Counted from the stretch's first letter, positions 1 through 8,333 are shown. The stretch: DNA of 64,000 nt from an uncultured Sphingomonadales bacterium (GCA_963922745.1 CAWUKF010000001.1:183-64182), one strand, 5' to 3'. A program made the numbers and translations. Notes: a model not told the origin generated them from the sequence alone.

Positions 1-75
1 TTCCATCCGTTTCAATCCGTCGACCAGACGATCCGAGACAGGTTCCTTGCCTACAATTCCAATAATTCCGCACAT
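1..75 (-). CDS. glmS: Glutamine--fructose-6-phosphate aminotransferase, 5' end only (runs off the window)
   Basis: Not in the ORF track. The minus strand from ATG at 75 reads MCGIIGIVGKEPVSDRLVDGLKRME, the N-terminal Ntn-hydrolase (Cys1) signature of GlmS; it lies downstream of glmU. Confidence 0.9.
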   Translation of the reverse strand, partial: MCGIIGIVGKEPVSDRLVDGLKRME

Positions 76-94
76 GGTTTTGGGGTCTTTCGCT

Positions 95-460
95 TCAGAG
101 TGTATAAGGTACGCGAATTCCCGGCATGCTTGCCGGGAAGTCGACAGTGTTGCGCGTGATCAGGATCGCACCATTAACCTGCGCCGTAGCGAGGATGTAG
201 GCATCCAGCAACTTCATCCGTGTCCGGTGACGAATATCCGCCGCGGCGGTTGCGATCCGCTGATCGATTTCGATGACTTCGAAGGGAGATATCGCTTGCT
301 GGATGACGCTTCGATGTTCCAGCGCCTCGCCGGCGAGAATTTCGGTCCATACGATCCTGCTTATCCGGTGGCGGCGGTATCGCGATATCTCCGCCCGCGC
401 CAGTGGCTGTCGCTTCAGCCAGTCGATCAGGATATTGGTGTCAAAGAAAGGATCAGACAT
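95..460 (-). CDS. vapC: VapC-family PIN-domain toxin
   Basis: 121 aa with the PIN acidic motif pattern FFDTNILID...EILAG...LLDAYILATA...LITRNTVDF; 3 nt downstream of a small antitoxin gene. Confidence 0.9.
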   Translation of the reverse strand: MSDPFFDTNILIDWLKRQPLARAEISRYRRHRISRIVWTEILAGEALEHRSVIQQAISPFEVIEIDQRIATAAADIRHRTRMKLLDAYILATAQVNGAILITRNTVDFPASMPGIRVPYTL

Positions 461-463
461 CAG

Positions 464-712
464 TTAGATATCGTCATGGGTTGTGCGATTCTCTCGCAGA
501 TCACGCTGATATTGCAGACCGTCGGGGATATCCTCTCGATCAGCCCACAGCCCGTACCCCCGGTCGATCCAGCTTCGGTCATCGGTCTTCTGGGCCAGAA
601 AAAGACGGATCGCCTCCCGTAACAGCGAGGCACGCGAGCGTTTCTGGCTCGCGCCGAGCGCGTCCAGCTTGTCGATATCTTCGTCGGGCAGATCTGCGAG
701 AATACGGGTCAT
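464..712 (-). CDS. vapB: Ribbon-helix-helix (CopG-type) antitoxin, VapB
   Basis: 82 aa; MTRILADLPDEDIDKLD...SRASLLREAI is an RHH pattern; C-terminal GLWADREDIPDGLQYQRDLR; directly upstream of the PIN gene. Confidence 0.8.
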   Translation of the reverse strand: MTRILADLPDEDIDKLDALGASQKRSRASLLREAIRLFLAQKTDDRSWIDRGYGLWADREDIPDGLQYQRDLRENRTTHDDI

Positions 713-747
713 TGATATACTGATATCATATCATGATATCATGTCAA
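713..747 (-). promoter_or_regulatory. Putative vapBC promoter with overlapping TGATATCA operator palindromes
   Basis: Minus-strand TTGACA at 747-742, starting 35 nt before the ATG at 712. TGATATCA palindromes at 721-728 and 734-741 lie between the -35 box and the start codon. Confidence 0.6.
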
Positions 748-759
748 TCGGGAACGCAC

Positions 760-1395
760 TCAATATTCCAGTTCGACGACTCCATCTTCCGACGTCGCGG
801 CATAAAGCTCGGACTTGTCATAATCAATCGGCCGAACATCAGGATCGGAACAGGAATGACGGGCGACAGTCTTGCCGGCCTTGCGGACGAATATGCCGTC
901 TTCAATGGCTGGATCGTTCGGCTCGCCAGGCGCGAAATTGGTCCGGATCACTCTACTATAGATGATATATTGGGTGTCCCCGCGCCGGAATTGCAGTTGT
1001 GCTTCGCCGCCGCCCGAATAGGGCACGGAAGCAAATTGGATACGGTCGGCACTGTCCGGTCCCGGCCAGGCCAGCTCTGGCACTTGCCCGACTTTACCGT
1101 AGCGATATTGCGCGACGACAGAGCCAGTCCCGTTTTTCAGACCACATACGGAAGCCATTTTCTTGTTTTCGAGCTGGCAGGAGAACAGGACATCCTCGCC
1201 CGGTGCACAAAGACCGGTGCCTGACAAGGTGGAGGTTGTGCCCGCCGGTTCTTCCGACTGGGGCTCCTTCTCTTGAACCAGCGGATCAGCGGAAGCCACT
1301 GACTCTTCTGCCGATTCCGCGTCCGCCGGAGCGGACTTCTGATCACATCCAGATAAAATGATAGCGACCGTCGCAACCACCAAAGCCATCTTCAT
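760..1395 (-). CDS. Uncharacterised lipoprotein
   Basis: Lipobox-like IILSG-C after a hydrophobic N-terminus, an acidic linker and a domain with four further Cys; ATGA overlap with the glmU stop. Confidence 0.75.
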   Translation of the reverse strand: MKMALVVATVAIILSGCDQKSAPADAESAEESVASADPLVQEKEPQSEEPAGTTSTLSGTGLCAPGEDVLFSCQLENKKMASVCGLKNGTGSVVAQYRYGKVGQVPELAWPGPDSADRIQFASVPYSGGGEAQLQFRRGDTQYIIYSRVIRTNFAPGEPNDPAIEDGIFVRKAGKTVARHSCSDPDVRPIDYDKSELYAATSEDGVVELEY

Positions 1396-2750
1396 GATTT
1401 TTTCTCGGCAGCCTTTTTCTTCAGCATCGCGTCGCGAAATTTCCCGGCCCAGCCGATTTTGACGGTTTGCTCTGCTCTGACAAGCGCCAGATCGTCGCTC
1501 GCCACATCCTTGGTCAGCGTGGCTCCGGCTCCGACGATGGCACCCTCGCCGACCGTCACCGGCGCGACCAGCGCGCTGTTCGATCCGATAAACGCGCCCT
1601 TGCCGATCACGGTCTTATATTTGAAATAGCCGTCATAATTGCAGGTGATCGTGCCGGCGCCGATATTCGCGCCCTCACCTATTTCCGCGTCGCCGAGATA
1701 GGTCAGATGGTTCGCCTTGGCACCCTTGCCGAGGCGGGTCTTTTTCATTTCGACAAAATTGCCGATCTTGGAACCCTCCTCCATCACCGAGCCCGGACGG
1801 AGTCGAGCGAACGGACCAACCTTGGCGTTGGAGCCGATGGTTGCGCCTTCGATATGACTGTGACCGAAAATTGTGCTGCCGCTGCCAATCGAGACCCCGG
1901 GGCCAAATATCACATTGGGTTCGATCACTACATCAGACGCGAGCTGCGTATCGCTGGCAAACCAGACCGTGTCGGGCGCTACCAGGGTAACTCCGTCGGC
2001 CATCGCCTGCGCGCGGCGACGGATCTGCCAGGCGTTCTCTACCGCTGCCAGTTCGGCGCGGCTGTTGACCCCGGCGACCTCGGCCGGGTCGTCGACCTCG
2101 ATCACGGCGCTTTTCTGGCCAGGCAGCATCACGATGTCGGGCAGATAATATTCGCCGGCGGCATTGTCATTGCTGATCTGGTCAAGCAGGATGAACAGGT
2201 CGGTGGAGCGCGCCGCCATCAGGCCACTGTTGCAAAGGTTGACCTTGCGTTCCGCGTCACTGGCATCCTTATATTCGACCATCTTCTCGATCTCGCCCTG
2301 CTCGTCGGCAATGATCCGGCCATAGGCGCCCGCATCCTCGGGACGGAAGCCGAGCACGACCGCACGCGGGTCGGAGCCATTGTTGAGCCGGTAAATCATG
2401 TCGCGCATCGTGTCGGCGCTGACCATCGGGACGTCACCGTAAAGGATCAGAACGTCACCAGCGAAACCCTTGAGCGCGTCATGCGCCTGCGCAACCGCAT
2501 GGCCGGTGCCGAGCTGGTCGCTCTGAACGGCAATCGCCACCTTTCGGCCCTCCACACTCGCCTCGATCTGTTCGCGCCGTGCACCGACCACCACCACCGT
2601 ACGCTCAACACCAATCGAATCGACCGTATCGAGCAGATGATGCAGCATGGGCTTGCCGGCAATCGGATGCAGAACTTTGTGCATTTCCGATTTCATTCGC
2701 GTGCCTTGGCCAGCGGCCAATATGATTGCGGCGAGCGGGCGATCTGTCAT
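1392..2750 (-). CDS. glmU: Bifunctional UDP-N-acetylglucosamine diphosphorylase / glucosamine-1-phosphate N-acetyltransferase
   Basis: ILAAGQGTRMKS...KVLH motif, GEYYLPD, hexapeptide repeats, HLTYLGDA and GTITCNYDG. Confidence 0.97.
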   Translation of the reverse strand: MTDRPLAAIILAAGQGTRMKSEMHKVLHPIAGKPMLHHLLDTVDSIGVERTVVVVGARREQIEASVEGRKVAIAVQSDQLGTGHAVAQAHDALKGFAGDVLILYGDVPMVSADTMRDMIYRLNNGSDPRAVVLGFRPEDAGAYGRIIADEQGEIEKMVEYKDASDAERKVNLCNSGLMAARSTDLFILLDQISNDNAAGEYYLPDIVMLPGQKSAVIEVDDPAEVAGVNSRAELAAVENAWQIRRRAQAMADGVTLVAPDTVWFASDTQLASDVVIEPNVIFGPGVSIGSGSTIFGHSHIEGATIGSNAKVGPFARLRPGSVMEEGSKIGNFVEMKKTRLGKGAKANHLTYLGDAEIGEGANIGAGTITCNYDGYFKYKTVIGKGAFIGSNSALVAPVTVGEGAIVGAGATLTKDVASDDLALVRAEQTVKIGWAGKFRDAMLKKKAAEKKS

Positions 2751-2861
2751 GGTTTACTCCGGAGCAAGTTGGTAGATTGGCGGCCTGAGGCAACCATTTG
2801 CAGCGGCTAATGCCATGCAAACCGGGCTGAAGCCAGACCGTTTATCCGTATATATTCACGT

Positions 2862-3896
2862 TCATTTCGTTGGCTTTCCGCCTTTGCGCCATTTGGTCCA
2901 CAAATGGCGGGCAAGCATCAGCGGCGGCATCCGCAGCCAGTGGGAGCGGATGTAAAAGGCAAGGCGTATCGCTTTCCGTGTTTCCCGGCCATAGCCGTCA
3001 CGAGCCAGCAAACGCCGGACATAGAGATAGTCGACAAACCGGGCCTTTCCGGAGCGATATTTGTGTACCGGCGTATGATAGAGGCGGGCCGCCAGTCGCA
3101 GGGCCCGTTCCATTTCCGGAACGAGGTCGTGGATTTTAGCGCGTTCCTCCAATTCCGTCCAAAATCCCTCGTCAGCTTCGGCAAATTGCCGCACCAGCAG
3201 GTTGATGTCCCACAGGTTGCGCAGCCCCCCGGCGAGATCGCCGTCGGCGAACATATGGGCAATCGAATGCAGAAGCATATCGGCTGGTGCCATGACATGG
3301 AGACCGCTGTCCTGCTCTACCGCGCTGTCCAGAATCGCGTCGGCGTCCGGCGTGGGGCGGGCCGTCAGCGGCAATATCGTGTGATGCACATCGATCATCC
3401 GGTCGCGCTCGCGGTGAATCAGCGGCGGCAGCTCGTGCATATGCTCACGATAATAGCGGTCGTCATAGGGGTCCGGTTTGACCCATTCCCAACCGGCGTC
3501 GAGCAGGGCACTCTCGACCACCGGCAGATCATCGCGTGCCACCATGATATCGAGATCGCCGATACTGCGCCCCACGCCGGCCGAGAGATTTGCGGCCACA
3601 TAGGCGGTGCCCTTCATCAGCACGGTCTTACCCGGATAATTCGCCAGGGCCCTGCGCGCGCAGTCCGCTTCCCATAGCGCCTGACGACGCGCCAGATCAT
3701 GGGCTTCAATAGCGTCCTGAAGAACAGCACGCACCTTATCCGGCACGCGCACATCGGCGAGCCGGTGGGCCAGCGAGCCGATCAGCGATTCCGCACGCGC
3801 GATGCTGATCAGTTCCGGCCATTGGCTATTTTCGAGCATCCCAACGCTGGCCGGATCCCGCAAAGCCCGGACAAGAACATGCGCATCGCCAATCAT
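2862..3896 (-). CDS. Nucleotidyltransferase family protein (NTP_transf_5-like), HPr-rel-A system
   Basis: LMKGTAY...RSIGDLDIMV (KG and DxD motifs) and IDVHH. Start placed at the ATGA overlap with the kinase stop (3893-3896); the ORF track starts at 3911. Confidence 0.8.
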   Translation of the reverse strand: MIGDAHVLVRALRDPASVGMLENSQWPELISIARAESLIGSLAHRLADVRVPDKVRAVLQDAIEAHDLARRQALWEADCARRALANYPGKTVLMKGTAYVAANLSAGVGRSIGDLDIMVARDDLPVVESALLDAGWEWVKPDPYDDRYYREHMHELPPLIHRERDRMIDVHHTILPLTARPTPDADAILDSAVEQDSGLHVMAPADMLLHSIAHMFADGDLAGGLRNLWDINLLVRQFAEADEGFWTELEERAKIHDLVPEMERALRLAARLYHTPVHKYRSGKARFVDYLYVRRLLARDGYGRETRKAIRLAFYIRSHWLRMPPLMLARHLWTKWRKGGKPTK

Positions 3897-4762
3897 GGCA
3901 GTTGGCTCCACAGGCTTTCGATCAGTTCTTCCGCCTGTTCGATCGACTGATAATCCATAGCCCTGGCCGGCACCTGATCGACGAAACCGGTCAGAGCGCG
4001 AAATCCGGCCTCACCGAGTGCCACATAATTGGTCGATGCCTGGGTCAACCGAATGAAGATTTCCGCCTGTCCCATGGGCCGGAGCTCCGGATCATGACCG
4101 AAACGGGGAAATAGCAGCAGCGCCGGTCTGGCCGGGTCGCCCATTCGGTCGATCGCCGCCTTCGGGGGCACCAGATGGCGGATATCGCCCTTCGGCGTGC
4201 CCTTCATCTCGGGGCCAAACCGGTCATTCGGGACAAGTTCCTCCATCGCCGCTATCGCCTGGTTTTTCAGGCTGATCAGCCGCGGAAACGGTACCAGACT
4301 GCCCGACGTCAGATCCAGCAGGGCAAATTCATCCCCCATGAACCGCCATCCTTTCTCCGCGAGCATCGCAGACAGCGTCGATTTGCCCGACCCCGACAGG
4401 CCGGTCATGACCATCGCCTTGCCGTTCTTTTCGACACTGCTTGCGTGAAGCAGCAAATGCCGCCGCCAGCCAAGCGCCATCTGCAGATTCATGCCCATTT
4501 CGGCAGCCAGCAACCCCTGGGCCAGCGGCAGCGGCGCGGCGTCAGGCAGCCAGAAATCGCCACTAATGTGCACCGAAGGCCGGATATAGCGTCGCCAGGG
4601 TCTGCCGGCTTCAAGCCGCACCGTGAAGTCGACGATGCCGTCAGCAGGTGCGGGATATTTGGCGTACAGAGCTTCCAGCTGATCCAGAGGCTCGCGCCAG
4701 GCAGAGACGATCCGGAAGGAGGCAGGCCCGATCTTGAGCAGAATCCGGTGCATATTTCGCAT
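3893..4762 (-). CDS. HprK-related kinase A
   Basis: LLLHASSV...GLSGSGKSTL...GWRFMGDE gives the HPrK-type His, Walker A and acidic pair; it lacks the N-terminal domain of true HprK and sits between PqqD and nucleotidyltransferase genes. Confidence 0.85.
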   Translation of the reverse strand: MRNMHRILLKIGPASFRIVSAWREPLDQLEALYAKYPAPADGIVDFTVRLEAGRPWRRYIRPSVHISGDFWLPDAAPLPLAQGLLAAEMGMNLQMALGWRRHLLLHASSVEKNGKAMVMTGLSGSGKSTLSAMLAEKGWRFMGDEFALLDLTSGSLVPFPRLISLKNQAIAAMEELVPNDRFGPEMKGTPKGDIRHLVPPKAAIDRMGDPARPALLLFPRFGHDPELRPMGQAEIFIRLTQASTNYVALGEAGFRALTGFVDQVPARAMDYQSIEQAEELIESLWSQLP

Positions 4763-5046
4763 CAGTCCAAAACTCTCGCGACCAGCCCCAGATCGGCCAG
4801 TTCAGCCAGCCGGGCGTCGACGATATTTCCAGTGTCGCCGCCAGATTCGAAATCAAATCCGGCCTCCAACCGTGCCACGATTTCGGATGCCGAGAGCGCT
4901 GCATCGGCCATGACTTCGAGGATAGCGGGTGCGGGATCGGCCAGCATATGAGTGATCCCCGAGGGTCGATGAAACAGCAGCGTCATGCTGTCCAGTTCAT
5001 GCCAGATCAGATCATCTTTCGGCGCTGCCCGATATTTCTGGGTCAT
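4762..5046 (-). CDS. Stand-alone PqqD-family / RiPP recognition element protein, HPr-rel-A system
   Basis: 94 aa; LLFHRPSGITHML (three-strand region) followed by helices ending LAELADLGLV, the typical PqqD winged-helix pattern; TGATG overlap with the kinase. Confidence 0.85.
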   Translation of the reverse strand: MTQKYRAAPKDDLIWHELDSMTLLFHRPSGITHMLADPAPAILEVMADAALSASEIVARLEAGFDFESGGDTGNIVDARLAELADLGLVARVLD

Positions 5047-5118
5047 GGTGGCTTACCTGCGATTCTGCTCGGACATGCCGTTCTGATAGCAGGCAAATGT
5101 TAAAATGGGGTGGGATTA

Positions 5119-5550
5119 TCAGCGCGGCATCTGTAGCGAAGCATAGCAGGTGAAGCCGGACTGGCCGGCCTGCAGGCGCCGGATATAATTTACATAGGCC
5201 TGGGACTGTTCGTAGGATGTGCCCGGAAGCGTCCGTCCGTTCATCGCCTGCCGCACTTCTTCACCGGTGAAATTGCGCCCCGCAGGCGCGAATGCGCCGG
5301 GCGTGTCGGGCGAAACGACGGTGCCATCCGCAGCAATATGCCCGCCCATCGAACGATTGTCGGGAACCGGAATTTCGCAATTGAGCACGGAACCAGCGGT
5401 TTGAGCCAACGCCGGTTTGATGCTGACCACCGCCGATGCGGTAATCGCCCCCATCATCAAGGCACGACGGCGGGTGACAATGCCGAGATTCTGGTCGGCC
5501 TTGACTGGCAAGTCAGATGGACGGTTATCGGTCATTGCGTTTCTATCCAT
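5119..5550 (-). CDS. Tat-signal small protein; candidate substrate/precursor of the adjacent PqqD-kinase-nucleotidyltransferase genes
   Basis: TRRRALMMG twin-arginine-like motif, hydrophobic stretch and PALA|Q cleavage site; the mature part is bracketed by SVLNC and GFTCYASL. Start may be at 5535. Confidence 0.7.
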   Translation of the reverse strand: MDRNAMTDNRPSDLPVKADQNLGIVTRRRALMMGAITASAVVSIKPALAQTAGSVLNCEIPVPDNRSMGGHIAADGTVVSPDTPGAFAPAGRNFTGEEVRQAMNGRTLPGTSYEQSQAYVNYIRRLQAGQSGFTCYASLQMPR

Positions 5551-5774
5551 GATTCTACTAGCTTTAGATATCCGCTCATTAGCAGAAATCGGGCAGAAAG
5601 CGAGTAAACAGTCTGCCGCTAAAATCTGCGTCTACAATCGGGACATAGACAGGAAAATCGTTAACAAGACCTCTATATCTGGGCCCTGCGGACGGCGGCA
5701 CCCGAAATATTCCGATTGCCGATCCGCTGCGGCAAAGCCTAGATGGATGGCATGACTGTATCAGAATCGGCCAG

Positions 5775-7046
5775 ATGACCTCGGTTTCCCCTTTTCGGCT
5801 GCTCGTTGCGATGGCTTTCGTTCTCGGCGGTGCCATTCTCGCGGGCGAATTACCCCAATCGGGACAGCAGTTCATCTTTGTCTTCGCCAGCGGCGCGATC
5901 GCCCTGTTCATAGTCCTTCAGGATAGGCCAGCGCCACCTCTGCCAGACCCGGCTGCGCTCGAACGACAGCGCAAACGGATTCTCTATCAAGGGCGGTCTG
6001 AGGCCTATCAGGACATCATAAATCCGATCACCGACCCGATATTGCTGGTGCGGAACGCAAAGGTCGCCGCCGCCAATCCCGCAGCGGCGAAAGTCCTTGG
6101 CAATCATATTGTCGGTGAGGATGTGCGCATCGCCATCCGGCACCCTGCCGCAGCGGACCGTCTGGCCAATCCGGATGCCCAGCACAGCGGAGAGCCGATC
6201 CTGCTGGTCGGGGTCGGCAGCACCGAACAGCGTTGGGAGCTGCGTATCAACACGCTTCAGGATGGCCTGAAACTGGTCCAGCTTTCGGACCGAAGCAGCC
6301 GCTATGCAACAGAGCGGATGCGCACCGACTTTGTCGCCAATGCCAGCCATGAACTACGCACCCCGCTCGCTGCAATCAAAGGTTTTCTGGAGACTCTGGA
6401 AGACCCCAAGGCTGGCAAGGATGATGCGACCCGCGCCCGCTTTCTCAAAATCATGTATGACGAGGCCGATCGAATGCAGCGGCTGGTCGAGGACCTGATG
6501 TCGCTTTCCCGAATCGAGGCGGCGAAGTTCGAACTTCCTTCGGAAAAGATCGACCTCAGCGATCTGATAGGGGAAGCCCGCGATTTCTACATCAACAGTC
6601 GGGGCAAGAAAGAGAGCGAAATACTGGTCGTGCTTCCTGATTCCATTCCCCTGATCCACGGTGATCGCGCGCAACTGTCTCAGGTCGTGAACAATCTGCT
6701 CAGCAATGCCTTCAAATATGGGAAGAAGGGCGCGCCCGTTACAATAAGCCTCTCATCCAACAGCGCCGGAACGATGCTTTGTCTTGCCATCACCGACCAG
6801 GGAGACGGCATTGCACCGGAGCATATCCCGAGACTCACCGAACGCTTTTATCGCGTCGACAAGGGGCGCAGCAAATCCATAGGCGGGACCGGTTTGGGCC
6901 TTGCCATCGTCAAGCATATTACCGAGCGGCATGGCGGACGCATGGAAATCACCAGTGCGCTCGGAACCGGCACGACGGTGTCGATCATACTTCCGATCGC
7001 CAGTAATTCGCCTGACAATGGAGAGGCTGCTGATGCTGCCGCCTGA
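5775..7046 (+). CDS. phoR: Phosphate regulon sensor histidine kinase
   Basis: DFVANASHELRTPL H-box, NLLSNAFKY N-box, G-boxes and HIPRLTERFYRVD; first gene of the pst cluster. Confidence 0.92.
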   Translation: MTSVSPFRLLVAMAFVLGGAILAGELPQSGQQFIFVFASGAIALFIVLQDRPAPPLPDPAALERQRKRILYQGRSEAYQDIINPITDPILLVRNAKVAAANPAAAKVLGNHIVGEDVRIAIRHPAAADRLANPDAQHSGEPILLVGVGSTEQRWELRINTLQDGLKLVQLSDRSSRYATERMRTDFVANASHELRTPLAAIKGFLETLEDPKAGKDDATRARFLKIMYDEADRMQRLVEDLMSLSRIEAAKFELPSEKIDLSDLIGEARDFYINSRGKKESEILVVLPDSIPLIHGDRAQLSQVVNNLLSNAFKYGKKGAPVTISLSSNSAGTMLCLAITDQGDGIAPEHIPRLTERFYRVDKGRSKSIGGTGLGLAIVKHITERHGGRMEITSALGTGTTVSIILPIASNSPDNGEAADAAA

Positions 7047-7094
7047 CATGGCTTTTCCAACAAAAAGGCCTGAGTGGACGCATCTCCTGACCCC

Positions 7095-7123
7095 TTGTCA
7101 CATAATTGTAACATATCTGTAAT
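7095..7123 (+). promoter_or_regulatory. Pho box (three half-sites) upstream of pstS
   Basis: TTGTCAC-ataa-TTGTAAC-atat-CTGTAAT: three CTGTCAT-like heptamers at 11-bp period with A/T spacers. Confidence 0.88.
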
Positions 7124-7228
7124 GATCAGGACATTGCCCCTCCCTAGAAACCTGCCAAACGCACCTGCAAAGGCGGTCCCTGGCAGATTATGTACCGGGT
7201 CGGCGACGAATCAATTGGGGATTATTCC

Positions 7229-8272
7229 ATGTTAAGAAAAATCGCGCTCCTTGCGACAGCCTGCCTTGCCGTTTCCGCATGTCAGGACCAGGCTTCGGGG
7301 GGCCAGGGCGGGACCCGCAGTGAAATAAGGATCGTTGGTTCGTCCACCGTTTTCCCCTTTGCCAAGGCCGTCGCCGAGCAATTCAGCATTAACGGCGCGC
7401 ACTCTTCGCCGATTCTGGAATCGACCGGCACCGGTGGCGGGATGAGTCTGTTCTGCGCTGGCGTTGGAGCGGATACCCCTGATATTGAAAATGCGTCGCG
7501 GCGGATCAAGGCGTCGGAACTGGAAATGTGCCAGAACAATGGCGTTACCGGCGTGGTAGAGATTCAAGTCGGCATCGACGGGATCGCCATTGCCCAGGCG
7601 AATAACGGCCCTTCCTTCTCGCTGACCCCGGTGCAGATATACAAGGCGATCGCCGAACGGCCGTTCGGCAAGGAAAATAGCGCGAAGAACTGGTCGGATA
7701 TCGATCCCGCGCTTCCTGCCTATCCGATCAGTGTCTATGGTCCGCCCTCGACATCCGGGACCCGGGATGCCCTGACCGAACTGATCATGGAAGTGGGATG
7801 CGTTACGGACCCGGCAACCAAGGCACTCAAGGAAAACAAGAAGGCCGAATTTGATGCGGTCTGTCACGAGGTCCGGGCCGACGGTGCCTATATCGACGCG
7901 GGCGAGAATGACAATCTGATCGTCCAGAAGCTGAAAGCCAATCCCAACAGCGTCGGCATTTTCGGCTACAGCTTTCTGGAAGAAAATCTCGACAGCGTGC
8001 GCGGTATTCCGGTTTCCGGCGTCAACCCGACCTATGAGGCCATTGCCTCCGGTCAATATCCCGGCGCCCGCCCTCTCTACATCTACGTCAAAAAGCAGCA
8101 TATCGGCGTGATCCCCGGCCTGAAAGAATATGTAATGGAATTCCTCAACGCCGGCGACAGGGATGGTTATCTGGTCAAGGCAGGTCTGATTGCGTCACCG
8201 GACGATGTGCGGAAAAAAATGATCGAAGTGGCCCAGGATATGACCCCTCTGTCGCCAAGCGAGCTGAAATGA
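7229..8272 (+). CDS. pstS: Phosphate ABC transporter substrate-binding lipoprotein
   Basis: Lipoprotein signal ending AVSA-C, then IVGSSTVFP, ESTGTGGG and GPPSTSGTRD. Start set at ATG 7229 behind GGGGA. Confidence 0.95.
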   Translation: MLRKIALLATACLAVSACQDQASGGQGGTRSEIRIVGSSTVFPFAKAVAEQFSINGAHSSPILESTGTGGGMSLFCAGVGADTPDIENASRRIKASELEMCQNNGVTGVVEIQVGIDGIAIAQANNGPSFSLTPVQIYKAIAERPFGKENSAKNWSDIDPALPAYPISVYGPPSTSGTRDALTELIMEVGCVTDPATKALKENKKAEFDAVCHEVRADGAYIDAGENDNLIVQKLKANPNSVGIFGYSFLEENLDSVRGIPVSGVNPTYEAIASGQYPGARPLYIYVKKQHIGVIPGLKEYVMEFLNAGDRDGYLVKAGLIASPDDVRKKMIEVAQDMTPLSPSELK

Positions 8273-8333
8273 TCGCCTGCGTGGGATCTCCAGTTTTGCA
8301 GATGATTTTGAACCTAGGGCGGAACCAGATATA

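Noticed and set aside
76-94. glmS ribozyme or regulatory leader upstream of glmS
   Set aside because: Only 19 nt separate vapC from glmS, too short for the ribozyme, which is mainly a Gram-positive feature.
47-1224. Plus-strand ORFs 47..622 and 733..1224
   Set aside because: They are antisense to vapC/vapB and the lipoprotein and show no recognisable motifs.
2862-5550. Reading the cassette as a lasso peptide or PQQ cluster, or the kinase as true HprK
   Set aside because: There is no asparagine-synthetase-like cyclase, transglutaminase-like peptidase, pqqABCE or PTS gene, and the upstream ORF does not look like a lasso precursor.
5551-5774. Pho box or full CtrA site in the region between the cassette and phoR
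   Set aside because: Only single partial matches (CTGTATC, GTTAAC) without a correctly spaced second half-site.
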